Source: a bacterium | Lineage (GTDB): Bacteria > Hydrothermota > 32-111 | Length of the DNA stretch: 64,000 nucleotides | NCBI GenBank assembly: GCA_050239825.1 | Contig: JBFXGO010000001.1 | Coordinates: 64,001-128,000, forward strand | Direction: 5' to 3' | Part shown: piece by piece, positions 17,997 through 28,170 of the stretch | How the letters are laid out: each line of letters starts with the position of its first letter | How positions within the stretch are numbered: the first letter of the stretch is position 1 | Notes under the pieces: model-generated | What the model saw: only the letters and a program-made list of their open reading frames with translations | The model's database searches: none | Told to the model about the DNA's origin: nothing | Made by a program: the position numbers and the translations under genes

Positions 17997-20900
17997 ATGA
18001 TTGGAAAATTTTTTTTCGCGGACATATCAAATTTCACAAAGACAACTGAAATGTTTATCAAAAAGAGTCAATACGGTCAGGAGGTTATAAGGGATATCGT
18101 GGACTCGGTATTTTCCGGCGCAATTCAGAAAATATATGAGAAAGACGGGTATGTAATTCTATTTGCAGGCGACGGACTCCTATTCTATCTCTCTCCCGAG
18201 TTTTCAAATTCCGTCAGAAGCGAGTTTGAAAAAAACATAGATAAGTTCAACAGAAAAATGTCAACCGAGCTGGGCATAAAAATAGAAGAGATGACTGAAA
18301 ATCTATTTCCTCATATCGTAAAAGCAGAAAAAAGAGAGTTTATCTACTTTCATCCCCAGATATCTTCTTTCACCTATGAGGATATAAAAGAGAGTATCAA
18401 TCTCGATTTTCCTCCCGTAATAGGGGAGATGAGAAAAAAAAATTCTCTTGGCGAGCTGAGGGAGATACCTGCAGGTTTCATAAATATTGCAGAGGAGAAG
18501 AAACCCGAGGATTTGAGAGAGTTTTTCGAGCAGATGATTTCAGAGGCAGACAGAGAACAGGTTTATGTCAATAAAATAGAATGGGCGGATAAGGGATGGA
18601 TGGTTCTTGTTGCCTGTGGGATGCCTGTCTCCGTGGAGAATGCTCCGATGCGTCTTCTTTACTATATGAATTACCTGCTCAAAAAGGCTGAACAACTTGG
18701 AATAGAGATTAAAATCGGATGCACCCTGAAGAAGGGATATGCAGGAATAATAGGCGGAGAAGAGAGATGGGAATACACATTCATTGGGGGAAACATAAAT
18801 CTGGCGGCAAGAATTGCAGTCAAGGGGGAGAGTATGAAGATATTCTCCGACAAGAGTTTTGCGGATGCAGTATCGTCATCCGCTCTGTTTGACAAATACG
18901 GCGATTTTACTTTCAAAGGAATAAATGAACCGGTCGAAGTCATGTGTTTCAAAGAGTTTTCTGATTCATCAAAAAAGGATTTGTTTGTCGGCAGGCAGAA
19001 AGAGACCGCAGAGGCGATCTCTGCTCTCTCGAAAGATTCAACATGTCTTTTGGTCTCCGGAGAGGGGGGAATCGGAAAAACCCATTTTGTAAATTCAGTT
19101 TTGAAAAGTATTCCGTTTTCAACCATAAAGACTATCTGTTCACAGAGAAAAGAGCCATTCTTTCTTGCGATGAAAATTCTTTTGGAAATGGATAAAGCAA
19201 GAGACAGCATAGATTCCTATGAGTCCGTCTTTCTAAGATTATCAAAAATGCAAACAGTCAAAGAGAGATTCAAGCATCTTTTAAATTCATTCACCAAAAG
19301 TGTTTTGATAATTATTGACGATTCACAATATATTGATTCTGAGTCCCTAGAGCTTTTGAATTGGGTCTTTTTTGAGAGACCGGAGCATATCAGGTTCATA
19401 TTTATAGGAAGGGAAATGAAGAATCTTTCATTCATAAAATCAAAGCTCTCTAAATTTGCTTATACTGAAATAAATTTGATTGGTTTCAATGAGGAAGGCA
19501 TTTCGGATTTTCTCTTCAAAAGCACAATGCTAAAGCCAAAACCTGAGGATGTGCGCGAACTTTCCCGCATTTCTGGAGGAAATCCGCTCTATCTAAACCA
19601 GATTATCTCTTTCATGCTAAAGGAAAACAACATCGAATCAAAGGGAGGATATCTTAATTTCAAATCAAGAATTCAGGATTTTCCATATTCTCTTAAAGAG
19701 CTCATTCTGGTGAAGTTCGACAGATTCCCCGCTGTCACCAAGAATTTTGTGGAAACAGGCTCTGTGATAGGGGAAGAATTCGTAAACTCAATAGCTTTGA
19801 ATTCAACGGGATCGGAAGACAGCATAGAGAATGCAGTGACGCCTGCGGTGGAAAATAAAATTCTAAGCAGAAAATACGAAACAGTCTCAATGTTTTATCA
19901 TTCGATAGTCAAACAGACAATATTTGACAGAATGCTCAAAAAAAGAATTGATGAAATCTGCGTCAAAGTGGGTGATGAGATGGCAAGGAGCAGTGATAAT
20001 CCGTTTATGCTTCTTCAGGCTGGGGATTTTTACGCTTCAGCCGGACACAGCAGGGCATTCGATATGTTCATCTCCGCGGCGAGGCTTTTTAAGAATGACA
20101 GGAACTCAATTTATGCTTCTCACTCTCTTAATAAAGCTCTCTCACAGAGTGTGCCTCCGCAAAAACAGCTTGAAGCGGTCATTCTGTACCCGGAAATTTC
20201 CAGACAGCATGTCGATAAAGAGTTCTTAGAAAACGCATTTTCAGCTCTTATCAGAGTAAAAGAAAAGCTTAGCAAAGATGATGCATCCGTTTATGAGTCC
20301 ATAGCATACGGTTTTTTGAATATTCTAAGGGAAAACAAAAAGACAGAGCATGTACTGCGCCTTTATAAAGAGAAGTGCGGAGAGACATTCGGATACTGCA
20401 TGCTCAAGGGAAGATTGGAGAAGGAAAAAAAGTCGATAGCCGGAGCCTTGAAGGTTTATAAGGATATCAAAAAGAGATTTAAGATGAATTTTAACGAAGA
20501 ATTTGAATATTATCTTGCAGTTGCATCATTTTATTTTTTTAATACAACCGACAGGAAAAATCTCGCAGTTAATCTGAAGAAACTCGAACTTGCAAGCAGA
20601 AAATTAAAGGATTCTGCAAAGAAAGCTGCTTACTTTGATTTTATGACATCCGTTTTCCTGCACACCAATGAAATTAAAAAGGCAGAGGCGTTCGCAGATA
20701 AGAATCTTCTGTTTGCGAAAAAAAGCGGTCAGACAGACCTTTTGACATCTCTCTACAACACATTCGCAATAATCAACTCAAACAAATTCTTCAAAACGAA
20801 GAACCGCAAGTATGAAAAACTCTCATTGAAGTATCATAAAAAAATCTACGATATTTACAAAAAGGATATGAACCTCTCAGCTCTTCCGCTGATCACGACT

Positions 20901-21725
20901 AATTTGGGAATGGCATATCTAATGGCCGGTGACGCAAAAAAGAATTTTCACTACCTTTATGAAGGACTCCTCTACGGACTTGAAATAGACCACCCTGTCG
21001 AGGTTCCTTACAATTACATACTGCTCTCTCTCTACATGTATGAACGAGGTGCCGAAAAAGCGGCATTTAATCTTTCCGATTTCATAATAAATTACAAACA
21101 CAAAATCGATATATGCTCCACATCATTTTTCATGAAATATCTGCAGACCAGAGAAAGAAAATTTCTGAAGAGAGGATTGAACATTTCAGAGCGTTACCTG
21201 AAGAGACAGAATACACCGCCATATCAGATATACTATGATTTGATGTTTATGAAGCATTACAGAGACAAGAACACAGACGAAATGAAGAGATTGATGAAAC
21301 AGATATCCGAATTTGAAAAGAAGGCGAATCTGAGGCAAAATACGAAAAATAAGTTCAGGCAGATGAAACTGATTTCTAAACTGGAGTCAGGCTCTGCAGA
21401 TGCCGTTGAAGCAGAAAAATCGGTAAATGAGGCGATGAAGATGAAGCTTTACTCGGCGACTGCGATAATGCTGTTTTTTTCCTACGGAAAATTCCTTATC
21501 TCGAAAAATAAGATTGACGAAGGGTTGAAGAGCATTGCAGAAGGACGCAGACTTTCAAAAAAACTTCTGTTCTTCAACCACACCCTTGCGATTGATGAGT
21601 ATCTATCGGCAGAAATTAAAATGAACGCGGCTTCCATAAAGAGAACAGAAGAGAGCAGAAATACCCTGAAAATAATATCAAGCTTTGAAAATCTTGAGCA
21701 GTTCAAAGCATTCATCGAAGAGTAA
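17997..21725 (+). CDS. Second cyclase - STAND/AAA ATPase - TPR-like protein with shortened first cyclase domain
   Basis: ATG 17997 after GAGGAG; FADISNFT, FAGDG; NKIEWADKG, EYTFIGGNINLAAR; FVGRQKE, GEGGIGKT, IIDDSQY, GGNPLY; helical C-terminal half. Confidence 0.85.
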   Translation: MIGKFFFADISNFTKTTEMFIKKSQYGQEVIRDIVDSVFSGAIQKIYEKDGYVILFAGDGLLFYLSPEFSNSVRSEFEKNIDKFNRKMSTELGIKIEEMTENLFPHIVKAEKREFIYFHPQISSFTYEDIKESINLDFPPVIGEMRKKNSLGELREIPAGFINIAEEKKPEDLREFFEQMISEADREQVYVNKIEWADKGWMVLVACGMPVSVENAPMRLLYYMNYLLKKAEQLGIEIKIGCTLKKGYAGIIGGEERWEYTFIGGNINLAARIAVKGESMKIFSDKSFADAVSSSALFDKYGDFTFKGINEPVEVMCFKEFSDSSKKDLFVGRQKETAEAISALSKDSTCLLVSGEGGIGKTHFVNSVLKSIPFSTIKTICSQRKEPFFLAMKILLEMDKARDSIDSYESVFLRLSKMQTVKERFKHLLNSFTKSVLIIIDDSQYIDSESLELLNWVFFERPEHIRFIFIGREMKNLSFIKSKLSKFAYTEINLIGFNEEGISDFLFKSTMLKPKPEDVRELSRISGGNPLYLNQIISFMLKENNIESKGGYLNFKSRIQDFPYSLKELILVKFDRFPAVTKNFVETGSVIGEEFVNSIALNSTGSEDSIENAVTPAVENKILSRKYETVSMFYHSIVKQTIFDRMLKKRIDEICVKVGDEMARSSDNPFMLLQAGDFYASAGHSRAFDMFISAARLFKNDRNSIYASHSLNKALSQSVPPQKQLEAVILYPEISRQHVDKEFLENAFSALIRVKEKLSKDDASVYESIAYGFLNILRENKKTEHVLRLYKEKCGETFGYCMLKGRLEKEKKSIAGALKVYKDIKKRFKMNFNEEFEYYLAVASFYFFNTTDRKNLAVNLKKLELASRKLKDSAKKAAYFDFMTSVFLHTNEIKKAEAFADKNLLFAKKSGQTDLLTSLYNTFAIINSNKFFKTKNRKYEKLSLKYHKKIYDIYKKDMNLSALPLITTNLGMAYLMAGDAKKNFHYLYEGLLYGLEIDHPVEVPYNYILLSLYMYERGAEKAAFNLSDFIINYKHKIDICSTSFFMKYLQTRERKFLKRGLNISERYLKRQNTPPYQIYYDLMFMKHYRDKNTDEMKRLMKQISEFEKKANLRQNTKNKFRQMKLISKLESGSADAVEAEKSVNEAMKMKLYSATAIMLFFSYGKFLISKNKIDEGLKSIAEGRRLSKKLLFFNHTLAIDEYLSAEIKMNAASIKRTEESRNTLKIISSFENLEQFKAFIEE

Positions 21726-21727
21726 TT

Positions 21728-22672
21728 TCATTTCTTTTTGCAGTAGTAGATGTCAGCCTCTATTATATTGACTGAAGAATCCATATAATGATGAACGAAA
21801 TAAATATTGCCTTCGGAATCAATGGTAGGCTCTCCTGCGAAATTGGAAATTATCTCTTCCGGTTCGCTCCACACTCCATTTGTTTTCAAAGACCTGAACA
21901 CCGCCGGTCCTGTGTATCCGAGTTTGCTGTCAGAAGTGTACCAAAGTTCATTTCCGTTGTCTGCAAGGCATGGCTGATTTTCATTCTTTGAAGTGTTCAG
22001 CGCCGATACTGCGGCAGGATTCTTCCATTCACCGTTTACATTCGAAAGAACCCATAAGTCATAATCAGTACCATTGTATTTCCCATAGTATAGAGTCGAT
22101 TTGTCATCCGAGATATGGAATTCCCCAATGTCATAGGTTACATTCAGAGCTTCTCCGCAGTTTGTGACATCCGCATAGTCATCACCATTCCACACTGAAG
22201 TAAAGATGTCAATTTCACCGAGATTTCCGGTTCTGACTGAGGCAAAATAGAGAGTATCTCCGGCTGCAAAAGCGCATCCGTCAAGGCATTCTATTGATTC
22301 AAGATATACTCTTCTCGGTTCAGTCCAGGAAAGGCCGCTCTTTTCGCTCATCCATATTCCTGTGACAGTATCAACGAGCTGTTCAGTCAAAGGCACTCTC
22401 ACATCAGGAGTAAAAAAGAAGAAAAACCTGCTCATGTCATCAGTTATAAAAGGCGAGTCCTCAGCGCCGAGAGTGTTTACCTGTCCCTCCATAGGCATCG
22501 GAGTCTCCCATTCATCTGACTGCATCACAGGCTTGAAAATGTCATTTTCCGGTGTTCCCTTGACTATATCCGTTGGAAGTTTATCCTCTCGGGAGATATC
22601 AAAATCGAAATTGTTCTGAGAGCATGAGGCAAGCATAACCGTCAAAGCAAGCAAAAAAATTATTCTGTGCAT
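21728..22672 (-). CDS. Lipoprotein with PD40/TolB-like beta-propeller repeats
   Basis: Start MHRIIFLL..LASC lipobox; VNTLGAEDSPFIT, LYFASVR.G..G..DIF, LNTSKNENQP. Confidence 0.75.
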   Translation of the reverse strand: MHRIIFLLALTVMLASCSQNNFDFDISREDKLPTDIVKGTPENDIFKPVMQSDEWETPMPMEGQVNTLGAEDSPFITDDMSRFFFFFTPDVRVPLTEQLVDTVTGIWMSEKSGLSWTEPRRVYLESIECLDGCAFAAGDTLYFASVRTGNLGEIDIFTSVWNGDDYADVTNCGEALNVTYDIGEFHISDDKSTLYYGKYNGTDYDLWVLSNVNGEWKNPAAVSALNTSKNENQPCLADNGNELWYTSDSKLGYTGPAVFRSLKTNGVWSEPEEIISNFAGEPTIDSEGNIYFVHHYMDSSVNIIEADIYYCKKK

Positions 22673-22779
22673 TCTCTCTCCTTTTTGATTGATACTATCA
22701 GAAATTGTCGGATAAATCAATTGATTTTTCCATTGCTTGATTATTGACATTTTTTCTGTTAAAGGCATAATAATCAATT

Positions 22780-23718
22780 ATGAAAAGAGCGTCCCTTGTT
22801 ATTTTTATCATCTCTGTGACTGCAGTTCTCATCGCATGGTCTCTGCTTAACAGAAGCCTCATAAATAAAGCAATGACAATTCATGCCCCTGAAATAGGCG
22901 GCAATGTAAAGACTCTCATTATGGGAGATTCGCATGCGCAGACCGCTCTTGACCCTTCCCTGATGAAAGACGCTATAAGTCTTACATACAGCAATGAAAA
23001 TTATTTCTTTACTTACTATAAGCTGAAGTGGGCTCTTGAAAGAGGCAGGAATATTGAAAATGTCATAATTGGTTTTTCCATCCATAATCTTACGGATGCG
23101 CAGGAGAGAGTGATAAAGGAGAGAACATTCTTTCTTGAGCATGGATTCCTTCTTCTTGATGATTACGGAAAGAATATTGTCAAAAAAAAATCATCAGACC
23201 TCTACAACTATTTCAAACTCAAGTATGAGTTCGGAGCGCCTATGAATTTTTACAACAATGACCTTCTTCTGATCAATTTTGCGTCTGATAAGGAAGAATT
23301 CCGCGAAAAAATATGGGGTGGGTATAAAAAGATGTCATCTGCCAATATGACTGAAGAGCAGAAGCAGAAACTGATAAAAGAGAAGAACACCAAGGATTAC
23401 ATATCGTCGCCTCTGATGACCGAATATCTTCTGAAAATAGTCTCCCTCTGCGAAGAGAGGAAAATATCCCTCTACCTTCTGAACACTCCCATTCACAAAC
23501 TTTATTTTGAAAGATATACTGAGGAGACTGTGATAACATTTTTTAAAGACATAGAATTTTTAAAGGAGAACGTTGACTTCAGGTATCTCGACTATCAGTG
23601 GTTTATGCAGGATGATTCTTTCTTCTATGACGGAGAGCATTTGAATGAAAGGGGAGCGGAAATCTTTTCCCGCATTATTGACAGTATAGTATCTGGAGGA
23701 GAGAAAAGTGCTATTTAA
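22780..23718 (+). CDS. SGNH-hydrolase-like partner of the MBOAT (DltD/AlgJ-like)
   Basis: N-terminal TM; LIMGDSHA; C-terminal FYDGEHLNERGA; overlaps the MBOAT start. Confidence 0.7.
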   Translation: MKRASLVIFIISVTAVLIAWSLLNRSLINKAMTIHAPEIGGNVKTLIMGDSHAQTALDPSLMKDAISLTYSNENYFFTYYKLKWALERGRNIENVIIGFSIHNLTDAQERVIKERTFFLEHGFLLLDDYGKNIVKKKSSDLYNYFKLKYEFGAPMNFYNNDLLLINFASDKEEFREKIWGGYKKMSSANMTEEQKQKLIKEKNTKDYISSPLMTEYLLKIVSLCEERKISLYLLNTPIHKLYFERYTEETVITFFKDIEFLKENVDFRYLDYQWFMQDDSFFYDGEHLNERGAEIFSRIIDSIVSGGEKSAI

Positions 23719-25183
23719 TTCGTTGCAATACTTTATATTTTTCCCATTAGTAGCTGTTTTTTATTTTATAATCCCATTCAATTATCGCTGGATATGGCTT
23801 CTTTCAGCCAGTTTCTATTTTTATATGGCTTGGAAGCCGGAGTATGTTGTTCTTATGATTGCGGCGATTCTCATAAATTACTCTGCGGGAATAATGATTC
23901 AAAGAAGCAGAAAAAAAGAATGGAAAAAATTTCACATGCTGTTTGGAGTATGCGCCAGTTTCTTTATTCTTTTCGTTTTTAAATATTTCAATTTCATTAA
24001 CTCATCTGTGAGGGCTCTGTTTTCTTATTTCGGCATGGATTATCCCATAAGCGGCCACAGTCTGCTACTGCCCGTGGGCATATCTTTTTACACCTTCCAG
24101 ACTTTAAGCTATACTATTGATGTTTACAGGGGTAAAGAAAAAACGCAGAAGCATCTCGGAATATTTGCTCTTTATGTAACTTTCTTTCCCCAACTGGTTG
24201 CAGGACCGATAGAAAGATCCACAAATCTTTTGCCGCAATTCTTCAAAAAAAATGCCTTTGACCTGCAGAGGGTTCTTGACGGAGGAAAACTTATACTTTG
24301 GGGGCTTTTTAAGAAAATTGTAATTGCGGACAGACTTGCCGTTCTTGTCAATACGGTTTTCAACAACCCCCACGGTTATTCGGGGTTCCAATTTGTGACT
24401 GCAATAGTATTCTTTGCGTTTCAGATATACTGTGATTTTTCAGGTTACTCCGACATAGCCATAGGAAGCGCTCAGATAATGGGGTACAAGCTGATGGATA
24501 ATTTTAACAGGCCATACTTTTCCAAATCTATTTCAGAGTTTTGGAAACGATGGCACATATCGCTTTCAACATGGTTCAGGGATTATCTGTACATACCCAT
24601 GGGAGGAAGCAGAACCTCAATTCCCAAGTGGTATTTCAATCTGTTTGTCACATTTCTTGTCAGCGGAATATGGCACGGGGCAAACTGGACATTTGTGGCA
24701 TGGGGGGCATTGAACGGCCTTTACATTGTGCTTGAGACAGCGGGTATGAAGAGAATCAAGAGGATTGAAAATAAATTGAGATTGAATGAACATAAGACTT
24801 CGCTGAAAATCTTAAAAATCTCAACAACATTTTCCCTTGTTCTTTTCGCCTGGATTTTTTTCAGAGCGAATACAATTTCGGATGCTATATATGTGATATC
24901 AAATATCCCTAAAAATTTCATGGCGACATTCTGGGAAATCGCCACATTGAATGAACATGCACTTAAGAAAATGGGAATAGAGAGAGTGGATTTTGTGATT
25001 TCCATAGCTGTGATACTCTTCATGGAATCAGTGCATGCGCTTCAGAGGCACAGGGGCATTCGCTCAATGCTGAAAAAGAAGCCTCTGGCTTTGAGATATG
25101 TGGTTTATGCGGCATTTATCTTTGGAATAATTGTTTTCGGCACCTATATCAATTCCGCATCATTCATCTATTTCCAATTCTAA
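23708..25183 (+). CDS. MBOAT family O-acyltransferase (AlgI/DltB-like)
   Basis: MLFNS, LPVGISFYTFQ, FFPQLVAGPIER, DFSGYSDIA, FWKRWHISLSTWFRDYLYIP, GIWHGANWTF, FIYFQF. Confidence 0.95.
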   Translation: MLFNSLQYFIFFPLVAVFYFIIPFNYRWIWLLSASFYFYMAWKPEYVVLMIAAILINYSAGIMIQRSRKKEWKKFHMLFGVCASFFILFVFKYFNFINSSVRALFSYFGMDYPISGHSLLLPVGISFYTFQTLSYTIDVYRGKEKTQKHLGIFALYVTFFPQLVAGPIERSTNLLPQFFKKNAFDLQRVLDGGKLILWGLFKKIVIADRLAVLVNTVFNNPHGYSGFQFVTAIVFFAFQIYCDFSGYSDIAIGSAQIMGYKLMDNFNRPYFSKSISEFWKRWHISLSTWFRDYLYIPMGGSRTSIPKWYFNLFVTFLVSGIWHGANWTFVAWGALNGLYIVLETAGMKRIKRIENKLRLNEHKTSLKILKISTTFSLVLFAWIFFRANTISDAIYVISNIPKNFMATFWEIATLNEHALKKMGIERVDFVISIAVILFMESVHALQRHRGIRSMLKKKPLALRYVVYAAFIFGIIVFGTYINSASFIYFQF

Positions 25184-25234
25184 TACAATAAAAAATACTT
25201 TATTTTTTCTATTATTATGATATAATAACAAACT

Positions 25235-26572
25235 ATGAACTTGAGAATTTTTACTCTCATCCTGCTTCTGGCGGTTCTATCATCGTGCGCCTATTTTAAC
25301 ACATTCTATAATGCACGGAAATACTATGAAGACGGAGTGAGGCCTCTTGAAAATGGCGGGATAGTCAACAAATCCCTTCTCGACAGGTCGATAGAAAAAT
25401 CATCAAAAATTCTGCAGTTTCATTCAAAATCGGAATATGTCGACGATGCCCTTCTTCTGATAGGAAAATCATATATGTACACCGGCGAGTACACCAAAGC
25501 TATCAGGAAATTCACGGAGCTTCTTGATTATTTCCCGAATTCAAAATTTTCCGACGAGACGCTCTTTTTTATGGGCAAGACATATCTTCTTCAAGGTGAG
25601 AGCGAGGTGGCAAAGACGATCTTTAAGCAGGTTGTGGCGCGAAACAGGAAGTATCGCATAGAGGCCGTCTCCGAGTGCATAGAGATAATGCTTGAAAAAT
25701 CATCTCATGAAGAGGCAGACTCATTCATCAATCAGCTGTCAGACAGGGACAAAAAAAACAATAAGGTAAAATTTCTTTCCGGAAAGGTTAAGTGGACTTC
25801 CGGGCTTTATGATGAAGCATTGAGGTATCTGTTGAATGTGAATTCCGGAAAGCTTTCAAAGGACGATGGTTTCGACTACTATAGAATCATCACCGACCTC
25901 TATCTGAAAAAAAATGAGATAATAAAAGCTGAAAAATCAATAAACAATGGTATAAGAATTTTTCAGGATCATGCATACAAAAATTCCCTCTACCTGATGA
26001 AGGCAAAGATTCTAACTGCAAACAAAGAATATGAAAAAGCAGAGGAACTTCTCTCGGAAGTTCTCATACAACCGGGAGCAACCGCCAAGGATTCTCTTAT
26101 CTTTTTCAAAGGGATCCTATATGAAACTTATTTTTCGGATTATGAGAAGGCCCTTGAATCTTACAGGCAGATAGTGAATGAGGAAAAAAATTCAAAGCTC
26201 TTTGCAGAGGCAGAGATGAAGGTGAAATCTCTTGAACTCTTCATTTCTCTCTCAAATGATTCTCTGGGAGAAAATGTCGAACAAAATATCGAAAACAGAT
26301 TCCTTCTGGCGGAGATAAACTATCTGAATCTTGACAGAATCGATGAATCCATAATCAAATACAAGTCGATTGCCGATTCATTTCCCCAATCGGTTTATGC
26401 CCCCAAAAGTTTGTTTGCGCTTTCATATATTTATCTCAAGGATAAGAATGATTCTTTTTTGAGCGCTGAATACCTTAGCAGGATTACCGACAAATATCCG
26501 AATACGGAGTATTCTGTTTTAGCTGAAGAAAAACTAAAGGAGTTTAAACTTGCTCTCGACACTCTTAGATAA
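25235..26572 (+). CDS. TPR lipoprotein (SprE/PorW- or BamD-like)
   Basis: Lipobox LSSC followed by AYFNTFYNA; SEYVDDALLLIGKS; several TPRs. Confidence 0.7.
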   Translation: MNLRIFTLILLLAVLSSCAYFNTFYNARKYYEDGVRPLENGGIVNKSLLDRSIEKSSKILQFHSKSEYVDDALLLIGKSYMYTGEYTKAIRKFTELLDYFPNSKFSDETLFFMGKTYLLQGESEVAKTIFKQVVARNRKYRIEAVSECIEIMLEKSSHEEADSFINQLSDRDKKNNKVKFLSGKVKWTSGLYDEALRYLLNVNSGKLSKDDGFDYYRIITDLYLKKNEIIKAEKSINNGIRIFQDHAYKNSLYLMKAKILTANKEYEKAEELLSEVLIQPGATAKDSLIFFKGILYETYFSDYEKALESYRQIVNEEKNSKLFAEAEMKVKSLELFISLSNDSLGENVEQNIENRFLLAEINYLNLDRIDESIIKYKSIADSFPQSVYAPKSLFALSYIYLKDKNDSFLSAEYLSRITDKYPNTEYSVLAEEKLKEFKLALDTLR

Positions 26573-27266
26573 ACAGGAATTGACAGAAAATATTTTTCTG
26601 ATGACTTTCAGCAGGAACGATGACTCTGTTTTATATCCGGGTCAGTTTCTAAGTATTCTCCATTCAAGCAGGGAGAAGATATTGAGAAGGCCGTTCTCTG
26701 TTTTCAGCTACACCGATAGAAAGGTATCAATTCTTGTGAAGAGAGTCGGAGGAGGCACGGATGCCATAACACAGATGCAGGTTGGATGCTCCGCAGATAT
26801 CCTCTGTCCTCTGGGTAAGGGATTTACCGAAACTCTTGACAGTGAAAAAACCCTCTTCATAGCAGGAGGGATAGGTATAGCAGGCATTTATTCTTTCATA
26901 GGACAAAGAAAAAATTCCAAGATAATATTCGGAGACAGGGAGGGAGAATTCGGAAAGGTGATTGAGTTTTTGAAAATTCAATGCCTCTATGCTTCTGAAA
27001 AGCAAGGTAAAGGCAGAACAGGAAGGGTGACGGATTTCATAGAAGCTTTTGATTTTGACACCATAGTCGCATGCGGTCCCAAAAAGATGCTCAAAGCAGT
27101 TAAGGATAAGGCAAACGGAAAAAGATATCTTGCCGTGTGCGAGGAGATAATGGCATGCGGAGTCGGACTCTGCAACGGGTGCATGGTCAAATACGATGAC
27201 AACACATTTTGCAGAGTGTGCGCCGACGGACCGGTGCTTGACGGCAACAGGATAGTATATGATTAA
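26550..27266 (+). CDS. pyrK: Dihydroorotate dehydrogenase electron transfer subunit
   Basis: PGQF, RRPFS, GGIGIA, ACGP, MACGVGLCNGC..C.DGPV. Confidence 0.92.
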   Translation: MLSTLLDKQELTENIFLMTFSRNDDSVLYPGQFLSILHSSREKILRRPFSVFSYTDRKVSILVKRVGGGTDAITQMQVGCSADILCPLGKGFTETLDSEKTLFIAGGIGIAGIYSFIGQRKNSKIIFGDREGEFGKVIEFLKIQCLYASEKQGKGRTGRVTDFIEAFDFDTIVACGPKKMLKAVKDKANGKRYLAVCEEIMACGVGLCNGCMVKYDDNTFCRVCADGPVLDGNRIVYD

Positions 27267-28170
27267 TACTCAAATAAAGGTTGGAAAGACAATTCTCAAA
27301 AAACCGATTCTCGGCGCAAGCGGTTGTTCCGGCTGGGGAGAGGAGCTTGTCAGATTCAATGATTTTTCAAAAATAGGCGGTTTTGTCACAAAATCAATAA
27401 CACTAAATGAAAAGCGCGGCAATGAAATGCCGAGGATAATGGAGACATACGGAGGACTTCTCAATTCAATAGGGCTTGAGAACAAGGGAGTAGATTATTT
27501 CGTAAAAAACATTCTGCCGATTCTGAAGAATCTTCAATGCGCAAAATTCCTGAACATTGCGCCTTTTGAAAAAAACGAACTTGGAAAAATGATAGGAATT
27601 CTTGATTCTGAAGACGGATTCGACGGCTATGAGATAAACATCTCCTGTCCCAATGTTTCTCACGGAGGAATTTCTTTCAACGCATCGATTGAGGATGCCG
27701 TCTCTCTTATAAACGGGGCGCGGAAGATGACAGAGAGAACTCTTCTGTTAAAACTATCTCCCGCATATGAGAATTCTTTTCAGATCGGCAAGATAGCCGA
27801 AGACTGCGGATTTGACGGTCTGACATTCACCAACACTTATATTGGAACTGCGGTTGATATAAAAACAAAAAGCTTTGTCTTCAAAAACAAACAGGCGGGT
27901 TTGTCGGGTCCAGCAATAAAACCGCTCTCTCTTTTGAATGTCTTCAAAATGAAAAAAAGTGTGTCAATTCCCATTTTAGCCGCAGGGGGGGTCAGAACCG
28001 CAGATGATGTTTTGGAATTCTTAATTATAGGCGCATCAGCCGTACAGGTAGGAACTCAGCTTCTGATAGAGCCGGATATTCTTGAGAAGCTTTCCAATGG
28101 ACTTGAAGAGAGAATGAAAGAACTGAAGATTGAAGATATAAATAATCTTATCGGATCAATAAAGGAGTGA
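27259..28170 (+). CDS. pyrD: Dihydroorotate dehydrogenase catalytic subunit (class 1B)
   Basis: ASG, TKSIT, LNSIGLEN, EINISCPN, GLSGPAIKP, GASAVQVGT. Confidence 0.95.
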   Translation: MINTQIKVGKTILKKPILGASGCSGWGEELVRFNDFSKIGGFVTKSITLNEKRGNEMPRIMETYGGLLNSIGLENKGVDYFVKNILPILKNLQCAKFLNIAPFEKNELGKMIGILDSEDGFDGYEINISCPNVSHGGISFNASIEDAVSLINGARKMTERTLLLKLSPAYENSFQIGKIAEDCGFDGLTFTNTYIGTAVDIKTKSFVFKNKQAGLSGPAIKPLSLLNVFKMKKSVSIPILAAGGVRTADDVLEFLIIGASAVQVGTQLLIEPDILEKLSNGLEERMKELKIEDINNLIGSIKE

